Shown here: piece by piece, positions 37,103 through 50,500 of the stretch
Numbering within the stretch: the first letter of the stretch is position 1
How the letters are laid out: the number at the start of each line of letters is the position of its first letter
NCBI GenBank assembly: GCA_047495785.1
Contig: JBLDXI010000023.1
Span: forward strand, 1-64,000
Reading direction: 5' to 3'
Source of the DNA: Lepidodermella squamata
Taxonomy: Eukaryota; Animalia; Gastrotricha
DNA length: 64,000 nt
Program-made: the position numbers and the translations under genes
The notes under the pieces: model-generated
The model's input: the letters and a program-made list of their open reading frames with translations, nothing else
The model's database searches: none
What the model was told of the DNA's origin: nothing

Positions 37103-38440
37103 CATGAGACGTACTATAGGACGCCGCGGCTTCGAAGCTCCCGTTACATGGGCCTCTTGAAGGCCGCGGACTGTGCATATCGGAATGTGCATACGAATTA
37201 AATTTTAGTCCAGTAATTTCGAAATTAATGAAATTTTAATTTATAAGATTTTAATTTTTTAAATGTCAATAATTAAAAACTGATGAGAATTCTTTTACAG
37301 CATAAGCTCGGCGTGACGCTGTGTAAAGATGTGTTGATCTCGTTGATCTTAAGCAAAAAAGAGGCTTGAGATGATTGCAAAAAGTGCAATGAGATGATTC
37401 ATTGGTCGAGTTGGACTTTGGACCTCATTAACACATTGACTGTTATATACACACATGTGTGTATAAGTTTACTATATAGTGCCCCATATACACACATGTG
37501 TGTATAGATCGCTATCTCCATTACCATGAGGGTGGGATGAGTCAAATTGACAGGTTTACCTAATTATTGGGCCTAGATCAATAATCTGCCATCAGATTCG
37601 GACCATCACTCACAGAAATAGGTGATTTTAAAAATCGATAATTATCGATATCGATTTCGATACCAAAACAATTTTTCCGAATTTTTTAATTATCACCACT
37701 GGAAAGAGCATATTCGATTTTACTTAAAACAGGTGAATGATCAACAATTAAACAAAATTCCATTTAGAGAAAAAATCGTCATTTTTCAAGCTGATGTTTT
37801 ATCCAGCATTTTTTACAGACGGCTATTAGGCATGTCTGACAAAATTCTGATGTCGCTTTTCTTAGGCCGAGTCTTTTACAAAGCTGACAATCTGTTCGTT
37901 TTCTTCGGCCATCAGGTCCTCGTTCTTCTTTCACCTTCCTTATAGAAATTCCGGCGAGAAATCCCGCGCACGCTTTGTTTGTTTAGCTCTTGACATTGAT
38001 TGGTTGACAACAATGATACAAATTTCAAATCAAAATTTGAAAATGAACTCAACAAAACCAAATTCACACTTGGGTGAATAATATTCTAGAAAACGTTCAT
38101 TGCAACATATGTCGGCTCACCACGTACACACATGTGTGTAATTCACACAAACATCCATGTACACCATACACACACATGTGTGTATCGTCTAGCACAAACA
38201 TACGCCATATACACACATGTGTGTATTTACAAAAATCGTTATTACGTAATAACCGTGACGATCCGGATTTTTTGATATGTGCCAAAACTTTTGTATTGAT
38301 GTCCTCTATCGATTAAGAAAAAAAAATGGGGGGGTGTCTGAAAAGTGCATTTTTGCAAAACCCCCAGGAGCCAGTGTGTTAAAAATATCACGCTTTTTCT
38401 GATTCTCAGCAAGCCGCGGCGTCCTATAGTACGTCTCATG
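37103..38440. mobile_element. Non-autonomous DNA transposon with 8-bp TSD (P-element-like termini; hAT not excluded)
   Basis: Perfect 30-bp TIR CATGAGACGTACTATAGGACGCCGCGGCTT; TSD GCGACCCA at 37095-37102 and 38441-38448. Confidence 0.9.
37432..38378. mobile_element. Nested piggyBac-like non-autonomous element
   Basis: TTAA on both flanks, CACA...TGTG imperfect termini, and five copies of the palindrome acacacatgtgtgt near the two ends. Confidence 0.6.
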
Positions 38441-39644
38441 GCGACCCATGGTGTTCCGCTCTTTTCTCGTGAGTAGTCAGTCTATCATAAATTTCCGCAT
38501 TTAACGACTTAAATAAGACCCTGCCCTGTATTTAAAGTCTGCCCTTTAATTTTTCGAACCTAATCAGTCACCTGAAGAGTACTTAGATAAACAGTCGAAG
38601 CCGCCGAATAACCGCTATAGATCTTGCCTTCCACCTGTGACTGCACGCGTGAAGTGTTTGCTCAAGTAGATTAAGGTGGATAAATAGGATAAATAGCGAT
38701 TAGAGCACTTACTGACGAAAAATCGCAACTTATCCAACTTACCCAGCAGGCGCTCTCATGTAAGCCACTTCATACAAGGCCCTGCCTATTAATATAGTTC
38801 TGCCCTTTATTATTTCAAATTACCATTACCCTCTGCCCTTTATTCCGGTTCTGCCCTATATTTGGGTGCTATCCCTAATAATTCTTAAAATACGGTATGT
38901 CTATGGTAAAATCTAACATCTAACGCATACGCATTTGGCAATATGAAGCTGTGTCCATGGCTTCAGCGGGCATGATCCTAAAAATAAACTTGGTCGGATC
39001 ATCCAAGTCGTCATTAGAGACGAAAAAGGCACGAAAGAATAACCAAAATCCTCGCCTCAATTTGTTACTCCATCCCCTCGGACAAAAAAACTGGCTAGAA
39101 CTCCATGACAGACGGCGGGTATGTAATGCTATGCTCATTACAGATGCTATAATGCTGATTTCTGAATTTTGCTCACCAACGTTCTCCAACTCCTGCGCAA
39201 ATTCGATCACTCCGTCAACACGACGTGTCTGTTTTACTTAGGTCTTGCATTCCCCATCAGAACCGAAGTAGTTTCGCTCGTGTTCGAATATGAAACACCG
39301 CGCTCAAATTAGTCATATCGTAGGAGTAGCGCGGCGGAGCGAAGGAATTTCTAGAATCTCGAGTAATTATGGGCTATAACCGACGACTTTCGTCAGCACA
39401 CAAGCGAAAAAAATCGAGCGGGGAGCTGCAGCCTCAGACGAAGCTGGATACTTTTGCATAGCAGCACACTTATTTCTTAATCAAGGTTAATAACAAGCTA
39501 AGGCAGTGTCATTAGTAACGGCGATTGCCAGTGCCGCATCGAACATGCTAACATGCAATATATAATTGCTAAATTTAACGACTTGCAACTTACATGTATA
39601 ACTTATCGCGCTCTAATTCCTGTTCTAGTCTGTAATTTACCAAA

Positions 39645-42600
39645 ATGAATTGCAACCAAGCAACGGCTTGGTTTGCAATTGCTGTCAGTTTACATTTCAC
39701 GGGCATAGTTGCTAAGTTGCCTTTGGACGAGCCGATGCCGGCATTGGTGATAGCCTCGCCCAACAGCAGTCGAACTCTGGTGAAGGTGCTGACGAGCGTG
39801 TCCTACTCTGGCTTCTTTCCTGCCGGGCCACTGTGCACGGTCGCCCAGCAAGCCGCTCTCGAGAATCTGAGAAAGCAAGCAAACTGGCTGCCCAATTACG
39901 ACATCGCGTTCGAGTACATCGACGACGCGGTAAATTTATTTGACATCTCACGCACGCGGATGTTGAATCACGTGTGACATTGTACCAGGTGACTCTCAGA
40001 CAATGGGCATGAACAATTGTTAGCGATTAGTAATAGTACACACTAGTAGTAGAATCAAACATACTTATGACCTGCGTTCCTTTTTCCGTCGTGACTGGTG
40101 TGACAATGTGACAATATATGCTGTCGCTTCAGTTGATAAGCAGTTGATTTGAGAATATACATATTATCTCTTGTGCTTTCAGTGCAATGACGCAGCAGCC
40201 TCGAACCTGTTCATGGGGCGGATGATCCACGAACGCGCGAGCAACCGACTGCCGCTGACGCTGGTCACCGAATGCGGCGTTAATACGCAGGCGATTATCG
40301 CGATGACGCTGACGCACCTCGACGTCGTCGGGGTAAGACTAACTATAGTTTGAACGGAAGGTTTGAAACCCAACATTCAAAACACGCGCGGCACTTTATC
40401 CCCGATCGCACTTAACAGCAGAAGCTGCATTCCGCGCGTGTTTTACCTATAACAAACTGTTGTTCCGCGGGCTAATTTACCATGTTTTACTGCAGTAACA
40501 ATCGTTTGTTCTGAGTTTTCTAGTTATCTTGTCTTGATACCAGAACATGCTTTCGAAATGACTAGACTGAAAACCGAAAGAAAAAATTAGACACTGTACG
40601 AAGTGTGAACGCATCCATGTTAATTTTTATTTTCGAGACCTCCAGTTTTTTATTTTTTTTGTTTACTTTGGCAGACAGTTTCATTACACTTTCAAGCGCT
40701 ACTTACTCTCTTTTGCATCGTCGCACGCGAGTCCAGGCTTTAAAATGAAGCTAAAGATAGCTCAAGCGACAGCTAGTGCCTGCCTTTTGCTTCACCTAAT
40801 ATGGGAGCAGTTGTCGCAGCCATGCGCAAGTTCTTAATTGGATAATATTTGCAGTAGATCTAACACGTCAAGTTCTTTCTTGCCTTTCCAGATATCCATC
40901 TACCCTTTCTCGCGCGCGGTCATGCAGCGCAGGAGCGAGTACCCGAATTTCTATGCCATCGGAGACAAGGTCGATTGCTGTTTCATGGTCGAGTTCCTTC
41001 ATGGCATGAATTGGAACAAAGTCGCGATATTGACCGAAACTGCACCTTACAGCAACATTGTATGTGCCTGCTATTCAAGTTTTAATAAAGAGACCTTAAT
41101 ATTTCATTTTCAGCTGGATAAATTCTTCGTGGAAGTCCTCGACGCAGGCAACATTACGCTGCTGTACCTCGAGAAAATCTCCCTCGACTTTAATCCGCAG
41201 TCGTTGACGCTTGATAAGTTCAAAGCCACAGATCCGCGCATTATCCTCCTCAACACGTATAACGGAGTTTTGCTCATGTGCGTGCTGCATCGCAATGGCT
41301 TCTACGGGCCCAAGTACGTGTTGCTCGTCAACGGATGGGACAACATCGGCAATCCGCCGTACATACCCTACGATGCAGCCGACTGGTGCAAGATGAACAT
41401 GGTCCTAGAGGTATCGTTTGTTGACTTACTTTTCTCGCTTTTATACATAAAACCTTCAAAAGACTCTGGAAAGCGTGATTTGGCACATGGACACGTCGTG
41501 GGACTCGTATTTCGGCGCGTCGTTCCGCAGCAGCTCAGGCCAAACGATGGGCGAACTGACGGCGATATTAGAACGTGAAATCGAGGATCCGCGGAAGTCA
41601 CGGGGTTACGAAAATTGGCCGAAGACTTGCTACGACAAGACCATCGCAACCGGGCTTGTTCTGAGCTCGGTAGAAGCCGCTCTCAATCGACGTAAGAAGC
41701 CGACATTTTTATCACATCACCACGTAAGCCCATTTGCAACCCATCATCAAAACAGGCAACGAGACTCTGTCAGACTGGTTCATGTCGACGGCGCGCTTTC
41801 GAAGGCGCGGATCTGAAATCGTCAAAATCATGAGAGAAGCCGTGCTGGACTTGCAGTTCATCGGATTTAAGGCCAACTACGAGTTCGACCGAGCGAACGA
41901 CGTCTCAAAATCGATGCTTCCAATGAGCTTCCGTCAAACTCGACGGTTAGGATTGCCTGGTAGCAGCAATACTCTCTACCACGAGCTCATCGCCATCACT
42001 GTGCCGGTGAACAACAGCGAACGCAAGCTGAAGCTGTACCCTGAGGTCATGAAATGGCGCACACTGGGCAACATACCGCCGGTTGACTCGGTGAAACGGT
42101 TTCGGTTCCTACAGCAACCGATGCCAGTAGGGCTGAATGCAGTGCTGAAAGGTTGCTTCCATTCCTAATACGCGTGGCCTTCACGGTTACGAAATGTGTG
42201 TTATTTGCAGGTTTGAGTTGCCTATTGATCGTGGGAGCAGCGGTGCCTGAGCTCATCCGGTTCTTGCCCAAAATTGGCCCGCATGTCCATAGCATGAGCG
42301 CGCCCACGCGAATGATGCTGATAGGCGACGTCGCCATGCTGTCGCACGTCCTCGCTATACCTGTGGCAGTAACAACGACGACGACCGATGGCGCCCTCAT
42401 CCGCAGCTGCGACGCCATGGCCGTGCTGTGGACCATCGGCTTCGCGCTCATTCTCTCAGCCGCGGTCTGCCAGCGGCGCCGCGAGCGGTACGGCGCGCAT
42501 TCAAAGCGGCAAGCTGTCGCGCTCTGCATCACATGGACCTGCATCCACGTCGTGCTGATAAGCGTTAGCCTGGCTGTTTCGCCGACGCGCATCGTCGAAT

Positions 42601-43155
42601 CGCCGGCGGCGGCTATCACGCCGGCTGACGGCGAAGGTCGCGTCGAGTTCGAGTTGTATCGCCGCGACTGCGCTTACGGATTCCTGAAATCGAGACTGGA
42701 AATTGGCCTGTTCGCAACGTCGGTAAGCCTGCACGGCCTCATGCTGCTGCGGTTGGTTCTGCTGTCGACGAGGAGCAGCATCACCGTGCAACGGGTATTT
42801 GCAGCCACGTTTCGTTATATCTTTAATATTAACATTCTTGTTTCAGCGAGGCAAACTGTTACGTCGGGTAAGTTTCACGGCCGTGTTCGCCGGCTGCAGC
42901 TGTGCCGGGGTGACGGCGGCCATGCTGATCGCCGTGATCGGCTGGTCGAACACGTCGCACGTCACCATCACCGTCGCCGTGTTCTCGACGGCCTTCGCCG
43001 CTCTCAACATCGTCGCTGTGTTGCTGCACGTTCTGCTGGCCCATAGCAGGAGCGCCAGGAACAGTGTTGCGCCTTGGTATGCCGCACCATCTCACAAGCG
43101 GAGTCATCGTCGAGAGACCGGCGTGCGACATCCGCCGATAGGCATTTCACAATAG
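39645..43155 (+). CDS. GABA-B-type class C GPCR, copy 2 (about 805 aa); exons 39645-39929, 40183-40332, 40892-41059, 41114-41410, 41463-41691, 41756-42151, 42211-42794, 42847-43155
   Basis: Same exon phases and motifs as copy 1; signal peptide; seven TM segments; continuous frame. Confidence 0.88.
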
Positions 43156-44505
43156 GCATATCGCAACATGATATCCGCAGAACAAAACGAGATCCGCCCT
43201 GTGAAATTGGCTTTCATAGCGACTGCACCTGATGTAAATGCCTCTGATAAATGCGGCAAGATTAAGTACAAATCTGTATGTACTTGAACTATTATACTTG
43301 AATATTAGCGAAGTCATCGTTAACGATTGTGATTAAAAACTGTTAAATTGTCTGAAAGATGTCTATTACTCTGCAATTTTCAGTCACTACTTACCTGTCG
43401 CGATGGAACAAATAACTAATATGTAATTAAATTGCAAGTATTCCAAGTTTTTCCGACGAAGTTTTTGTTTGTACTTGTGGCATGCAATAGTTTTTAATGA
43501 AATTCTTCCGCGATTTCAAAAATATCCCCAGTATTTTGCCCCACAATTTTTAATTTCTCAGTTCTCGGATGGAATCAGCAGATGTTCTTTGTCTAATAAA
43601 TAATTGCTATTTAGCTGACTGAAATTACTTTATAAATTTATAAAATTTGAAGTGAAATTCTGTCATCTGGTAATAAATTACGGTTGCTCTTTAATTTTTA
43701 CCCCGTCTATTGTTTCATTGAAATATAGCATTCGTTTCAAACATATAGTGTTAGTAGATGTGCTCATGCAATATTTTTTGATACAGCACTCGTAAATCGT
43801 TTATATCTGAACTCGCCGTACTCGATTTACTCATCTCCTGGATACACTGGAATCTTGACGTGGCGGTACCGCTTGTTTTCCGGACCTACCGAGTTGGCAC
43901 TGCCGACTCTACCCTGTGAGGGACCCTGGCCTGACACTCTCAGTTGCCTAATCCCAGTGTACATGCCGGATCACTGCTCCGGCCGTTGGGCTTTGCCACA
44001 TTGACCAAATCACCTGCCATTGGCTGTGATTGTGCCCTGCCTCCATGTGCTATGTACCCACCTTGCATACATGGAATGTGATGAATGGCAGGCGTCACCT
44101 TTTGAAGCTCGGCCAACGTGGGCCTCCATGTTGGCGACTAAAAACAACTAAAAGCATGAAGATTTCGACGACGGATGACGGTTGACCAAAAGTCAAGTTG
44201 CAAACAAGAAGAAAATCGGCGAATGAAAAGTAAAAAGAAATTGGCGAAAAGAGGTGAGGTAGCATTGCGTAGCATTGTAGCTTGTAGCATTGTACATACA
44301 TTTCAAATATTCAACAACGAACTTGGAAACCGTACGCGCGCAGCATTCTTTGGCTGTGGTAAACCACAAACTTGTCTATGCAATCAAATTAGCCACCTGC
44401 CATATTGCTAGAAGCATTTGTCGAGGTCGTTGGTGTTGACTGTTGACGGCTCTAGAAAGTCGCCGGAATGACACAAAATCACGTTTCGCGCCTTGGAAAC
44501 TTTGC

Positions 44506-46183
44506 AACCGCCGTACATACCCTAAGACGCGGCTGAATGGTGCACTGTTGATATGGTCTTAGCGGTAAGCTTGTCACACGCACAGTATCAATGCTTTTCT
44601 TGGAACCTTTCATGACCTTACCTTGCTATGTTCGATTATGGATGGATAGGAGATTGCTATCGTTGAATATGCAATCTGTAATTAACAATTTATTCCACAG
44701 GTGATGGAGAGCGTTATTTGGTTTGTGGAAACTGCTTGGGATTCTTACTTGGGCCCGTCTTTCCGCGACACCTCGGGACAATCAATGGCCGGACTGACGG
44801 CTAAGTTCGAGCGCGAAATCTAGAACCCGCTTGATAGTCGAGGCTATGCCTATTGGCCAACAACTTGCTACGACAACGCAATCACAACCGGGCTCATCAT
44901 CAATGCGACAGAGGAGGCTCTCAATCGCCGTACGGAATACAGATTTTGAAATACCAGAGTCCAATATTTCTTTTGCGATAGGCAATGAGACGCTGTCTGA
45001 TTGGTTCATGTCAACGGATCGATTCCAAGTAGAGCGACGGTCTGAAATCGTCAAGGTAATGCGAGACGCCGTTCTCGATTTACGATTCACTGGGCTGAAA
45101 GCTGACTACGAATTCGACCGAGCCAACGACGTCGCAAAAGCAATGTTCCCGATGGCGTTCAGCCAGACCCGCCGTGGTGCAGCTGGTAGCAATACAGTCT
45201 ACCACGAACTGATCGGCATCACCGTCCCAGAGAACAACAACAGCGATCGCAGGCTGAGAATTTATCAGCAAGCCATGCAATGGCGAACAATTGGCAACGT
45301 GCCGCCAGTTGACTTGGTGAAGCGAATTCGGTTCCTGCAGGCACCGATTCCCATAGGCCTGAATGCAGCGCTGAAGAGTTTGCTCATTTCGTTTGGTAAA
45401 TAAGCTATAAGCCTATTTTAATTTGGTTTTATTTGCAGCGGTCGGCTCTGCTTTGATTGCCTGTGCAGCCTATCTAGGGCTTGCTGGGTTCATTCTGCGG
45501 CGACCCAGCGCCAACTTCCTCCATCGGGTAAGCAATCCCATGAAATTGATGCTGCTCGGCGATACACTGCTGATGTCGCATGTGCTTGCGATTCCAACCC
45601 CATCGGCTAATGTGGCCGATGTAAACCTGATAGGCAGCTGCGATGCCATGGTTGTACTGTGGTCCTTAGGCTTCGCTCTAATTCTGGCAGCCGCGAACTG
45701 CCAATTGAGGCTCGAGCGTAGAAGCAGAACCTCGAATAAGCGCCTGCTTCTGGCTTGCCTCGCTTGGGCCTTAATCCACACCGTTCTAACAGCCCTAGTT
45801 CTCACGCTATGGCCGACACGCATCGTCGAATTCAGGATCGCCATCTTGCCGGCTGACAGCGAAGGCCGCCTTCAATTCGATATGTATCGTCGCGACAGCG
45901 AGTACGGCTTCTTCCAATCGCCGCTGCAATCAGTTTCACGGCCGTGTTCGCCGTGTGCGGCTGTGGCGCTGTCGCAGCAGGCGGACTCATCACAGTGCTG
46001 GGCTGGTCGAACGCCGAGCACGTCACGATTACTGTTGCTGTCGCCTCGATAGCCTTCGTCGCTATGAACCTAGCCGCTGTCTTGCAGTCGCTCGCTACTC
46101 GCAAAGTCTCCCTTGCCGCATCGTTGAGCACAGCAGCGCCAGTAAGAAATTCTGTGGCAAGTGGGTCAAGGCGCCGACTGTGA
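44506..46183 (+). pseudogene. GABA-B-type class C GPCR, copy 3 (pseudogene)
   Basis: Begins in the last part of exon 4 (exons 1-3 missing). In-frame stops TAA 44523-44525 and TAG 44821-44823. A deletion near 45930 removes TM5 and the last intron and shifts the frame. Confidence 0.9.
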
Positions 46184-46878
46184 CTCTGCAACATAGCAAG
46201 GCGATAGCCGCGTCAATTGACAAATTTATATACTTCACTGCATCAAGGTTACTGATATTCATATATGTACGAATGTTTATCTCCATTCCAGCGATCAAAA
46301 GACTATAAAAACATAACCCAGTATTCAATGTTTTTAATGGAAAATTCTAACTTCATATCTCTGTGTCTCAAAGGCAGTGTTTCGCAGTCTTCTGTAATCT
46401 GTAACGCAGTCCCTCAATGTATCTCTCTACTACTCTTTCTACTCTAGTAATCTTTCTACAAGAGTGCTATTTGCTTTCACAATTTTCACAATTTCAAAAC
46501 TCATCTTTATAGCCACGTCGCGGGGGTCGCCCGCGATGATTTTCATAGAACGAATAATTTGCGAGGAAGTCGCATCCCACTATATTCCACTGAAAACCGG
46601 CTCAAAATGTGATTAAGAGCCCAGTTCATGGAAGGTTGAAGAAATTTCAGGCAGGATGGATTCGGGTGATATTGGGTGATATTTTACAGCTTCAACGCAA
46701 TTTTTCGAGCATATTTTCCAACACTGAAAACGAAGCAATGTTTTATTTCCAGAAATTAAAGTAAAGCACCGGCCACGGGTGGGCTTATGGCGCATCAGAC
46801 ATATATAACTTTTACGTGTGTTTTCTGCGTACATGATATAGGATATTATAATAATGATTCTGATTTTATACTAGTTAA

Positions 46879-49800
46879 TTAATTATTGGTAGGGTAGGTG
46901 TGCATTTTTAACGTTGTGCGATATGTGTTAGCTAAATTAAGTATTTTGTTGATTGTTACGCCATTTACAGATTTACAAGATATAATTACAGCATTAATTG
47001 CATTAATCGCATCATCGCATTGCATTTCATGGAGGATATTATCAGTCGGATCGTTAGTGTGCTCACAACTCAAACACAGGTGGAAAAGCAGATCCATGAC
47101 ACTATTATATAGTTTCGAAGATAGGGTTATGCTAGTGCTATGTTTGTAACAAAATATACATCGTAGTCCAAAGTTATTTACGTAACAGAAAGGTTTGTGT
47201 AGCGAGTTGGTCCGAATCATAGCTAAAATCCTAATATTATTCAGAGACCAGAAAGCTTTTTGCGCACACGAGTATGTCATCAATTTATCGAAGACATCAT
47301 CAGTATATACTGGGTTTGAATATTCTTCTTTCAGTTTAGAGATCGTATTAGTTTTGTCGTTAATGATCCATTTTTCATGCCATTTTGCTAGTAGCGATAA
47401 ACCTTCGAATTGGGAAGTGGCTTGAAAGATCTCGCCACCTCCCAAACCGTCGATATCGCTCTGCAGGTTTTTAAAAATATTTCGATATAGCTTTTTATTG
47501 CCGTCGATTATATTAAACGCTGTTTTTAAAAGCACGTGATTGTCCTCGAACTTGAGCCGTAGGAAATATCTAACAGCTGTTTTTGTCAACATCAATTTAG
47601 GCGGTTCCAGGTAAAATTCACGCTTGACAAGTTCATCTCGTGCCGAGGTAGGAATCCGGCCGAGCTGTTTCACAAAAAGCGTATTAAATGGAAATATTTT
47701 GTTCTTTTTTGTTTGGCCCCAGAAACCTCCCGCATATGTGTAATTACCGACCAGATAGGAGTTGTATAGAATATTGAATGTTTTTGGGGGAAGATAAGCG
47801 GTGAAACGGTCGATCATATTAGGCACAAGGGCGGCAACTCGTTTGGTATTCGCATTGATCACTTCAACCATTTTGTCGAAGTTAAGATTATGAGTGAAAT
47901 AGACCCCGAGATATTTAAATTCCTTGACTCTTTCAAGCTCCGTACCATTCAGATTGAATTTAATATCGATTTCGGTGAATCTTTTTTCAAAAATCATTAT
48001 TTTAGTCTTTTCAACATTAATTTTGAGCGAATTCTCGTCGGCGTAGGTTGTTAACGCGTCCAGCATACTTTGTAGCTGAGCTGGGCTTTCGGCAATTAGT
48101 GCTAGGTCATCGGCATATAGTATGGCTAAAATAACGTATTCACCGAACGTAAGGCCAGGGAACAGCGCCATCAAATACGGTATTAGGTCGTTTATGAATA
48201 TAGAAAATAGCAGTGGCGATAGTGGGTCTCCTTGCCTAACACCAACATTTGATGTTATTGGCTTGTCATAGAATATATTCGATTTGACCCGGAGAAAAAG
48301 TTTATTGTCTTCATACATGCTACGCACTACGTCGATGAATGATGTTGGCAGCCCTAATAAGCGTAATTTTTTTATAAGCAAGGCTCGTCTGATTTTGTCG
48401 AATGCATTGGAGAAATCGACAAAAGCTACATATAGTTTTTTTCCCTTAGTCAAAAAATAGGCTATTATTGCGTAGAAAACCGTGCAAGCATCAACTGTTC
48501 CAAGTTTCGGCGTAAACCCAAACTGTTCAGGGTGCAAAATGTCTTTGGAGACGCACCATTTTCTAAGTCGTTTTTCTAAAATACTGGAAAATATTTTCGC
48601 GAAAACTGAAATTAGAGAGATCGGGCGATAATTTTTCGGGTCAAGTCGATTATTTTTCTTGAAGATCGGTATGAGCAGAGCCTTCCGCCAGCATTCAGGA
48701 TATTGTCCAGTTAAAATAATTTTCGTGTATAGGTTTGCCAAAAATGGGTAAAGACCCTTCTTGCACCCATCTAGTTTTAAGCACTCGTAATCTATTTGGT
48801 CCTCTCCAGAACAAGCATTTGACTTCGAATTTCTTATTATCTCTTCTATCTCGGGCTCTGTGACAGGAGCCAACAATAATTCGTCATCTCTATCTAATAT
48901 TTTTCTGTTGACCTTGGTTTCATTCTCTGTTGTTATTTCCTGGGCTGATGTAAAAAGTTCTGTAAAAAATCGAATTATTTCGTCACCTGTTGGCATTTCT
49001 CGATTCGCCTCATGTGCTTTGAGGTGTTCAAGCTCTTTTGCTAATTTGAAGAAGTCGGACGGGCACATTTCCAGCAACTCTACAAATTCCATGGCTTCTA
49101 TTTTAAGGTCCGATTCTATTTGCTCTTTTTTGAGACGCAAAAGATGCCTGTATTCTACTTCTTCATTATCCATATAATATTTATAGAGCTGGTTGTTCGG
49201 GTGTCTCAGCGATAACTTTCTAGCTTTTCTAACTATGTCTCGTTTTTGAAGGCATTCTTCGTCGAAAAAATTAGTATTAGTCTCAGATTCGGCTTTCGGT
49301 TTTCGAATATATAGAGCTTTTTTGCCGACCATGTAGAGTTTTTTGAGAAGGGTTTCTAAGGAGTCACTCCTTTTTTCACTTTGCGATAGCTCAAACTGTT
49401 CCCAAAGCGAGGAAAAATAATGTTTGTTTATTCTGAAATGCGTCTGTTCATCAACCATTTCAGAGTTTTCAACTACTTTAAATTCCCTACTCATCGTTAA
49501 GGCTATCGGGTAATGATCCGAAATTCCTCCGTTCACTATTACTTCGAAATCAGCTATATTATTCGCTAGTGATTCGGTTGCTAAAGCGTAGTCTACAACG
49601 GTGAATGCCTGAGGATGATTGTTACCGAGTTTTTTGTGGGTAAACTCTCCGTATTCATCAGAGGTTGTGGTGCCGTTCACAATATAAAGACCCAGTTCGT
49701 CCAATTTTTCAAAGAAATATTTTCTATTTGAATTAGATGATTTAGGTAGTTCAATGTCTTTAGAATTTCGTTTTGGCACTGAGCTTTGGAAGAAGTCGGA

Positions 49801-50388
49801 ATTAGGATCGAGGGGTTCATATAATTTATTCAGGTTGCCTGTGCGGATATTCAGGTCACCCATCACGATAATGTCGATATTTTTTGGAGAATTAAGGTTC
49901 TCGATACGAACATTGTTTCGAATTTCGGAGATTTTGTTGATCGTTTCCGCCCACAATTTTTTAAATCTGCCGTTGCCTAATTTAGGTTTGGATTTGGGTT
50001 TGCCGCCCTTCATGGATTTACGTGATTTAATTCCATTTTTTTCCGCTTCAGATTTTTCCGGGAGAATATAACAAACAGTCACTAGTAGAATGGAATTCGG
50101 AAAATTCAATTTGAGGACAATCAAGTAGCTTGATTTGTATAGAACGTCAATAATCGACTTCAGAGCAGTATTAATATAGATTATAATTCCCCCTGATAAA
50201 TTTCGACCCCTGGCGCAGCAAAGCTTTCTGGCTGGTGCATGAACAACAAAGAAATTGTTACGTAGAACAGGAGGTACGAATTTATCATCATGCCATGTTT
50301 CAATAAGCGCAACGATCATAAATCTAGTTAGGAGAGAAATAATGTCAGGAAACGATTCATTTCTGAATTTGAAAATATTCCAGGTCAC
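46879..50388 (-). CDS. LINE ORF2: AP-like endonuclease + reverse transcriptase + C-terminal CCHC-like motif (at least 1169 aa)
   Basis: Endonuclease VTWNI, LIETW, MGDLN, VVDY and SDHYPI; RT NYRPISL, FVDFSNAFD, GVRQGDPLSPLLF, YADD and KYLG; C-terminal CIFC...H....C. Confidence 0.95.
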   Translation of the reverse strand: MTWNIFKFRNESFPDIISLLTRFMIVALIETWHDDKFVPPVLRNNFFVVHAPARKLCCARGRNLSGGIIIYINTALKSIIDVLYKSSYLIVLKLNFPNSILLVTVCYILPEKSEAEKNGIKSRKSMKGGKPKSKPKLGNGRFKKLWAETINKISEIRNNVRIENLNSPKNIDIIVMGDLNIRTGNLNKLYEPLDPNSDFFQSSVPKRNSKDIELPKSSNSNRKYFFEKLDELGLYIVNGTTTSDEYGEFTHKKLGNNHPQAFTVVDYALATESLANNIADFEVIVNGGISDHYPIALTMSREFKVVENSEMVDEQTHFRINKHYFSSLWEQFELSQSEKRSDSLETLLKKLYMVGKKALYIRKPKAESETNTNFFDEECLQKRDIVRKARKLSLRHPNNQLYKYYMDNEEVEYRHLLRLKKEQIESDLKIEAMEFVELLEMCPSDFFKLAKELEHLKAHEANREMPTGDEIIRFFTELFTSAQEITTENETKVNRKILDRDDELLLAPVTEPEIEEIIRNSKSNACSGEDQIDYECLKLDGCKKGLYPFLANLYTKIILTGQYPECWRKALLIPIFKKNNRLDPKNYRPISLISVFAKIFSSILEKRLRKWCVSKDILHPEQFGFTPKLGTVDACTVFYAIIAYFLTKGKKLYVAFVDFSNAFDKIRRALLIKKLRLLGLPTSFIDVVRSMYEDNKLFLRVKSNIFYDKPITSNVGVRQGDPLSPLLFSIFINDLIPYLMALFPGLTFGEYVILAILYADDLALIAESPAQLQSMLDALTTYADENSLKINVEKTKIMIFEKRFTEIDIKFNLNGTELERVKEFKYLGVYFTHNLNFDKMVEVINANTKRVAALVPNMIDRFTAYLPPKTFNILYNSYLVGNYTYAGGFWGQTKKNKIFPFNTLFVKQLGRIPTSARDELVKREFYLEPPKLMLTKTAVRYFLRLKFEDNHVLLKTAFNIIDGNKKLYRNIFKNLQSDIDGLGGGEIFQATSQFEGLSLLAKWHEKWIINDKTNTISKLKEEYSNPVYTDDVFDKLMTYSCAQKAFWSLNNIRILAMIRTNSLHKPFCYVNNFGLRCIFCYKHSTSITLSSKLYNSVMDLLFHLCLSCEHTNDPTDNILHEMQCDDAINAINAVIISCKSVNGVTINKILNLANTYRTTLKMHTYPTNN

Positions 50389-50500
50389 AAAACTGATAAT
50401 TAGTGGGTCACAAATAAGTTTTGAATCAAAATTAAACGTTGATGCATTCTCACGTTCAGTCGAGGTTAGCGCGGTTGCTGTCCGTGGCCGATATTGTCGA

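Noticed and set aside
38494-38896. Another CCGTA-type MITE with ctgccct sub-repeats
   Set aside because: The termini are too degenerate to define.
38920-39241. 96-aa ORFs on both strands
   Set aside because: No recognisable motif, splice context or codon bias.
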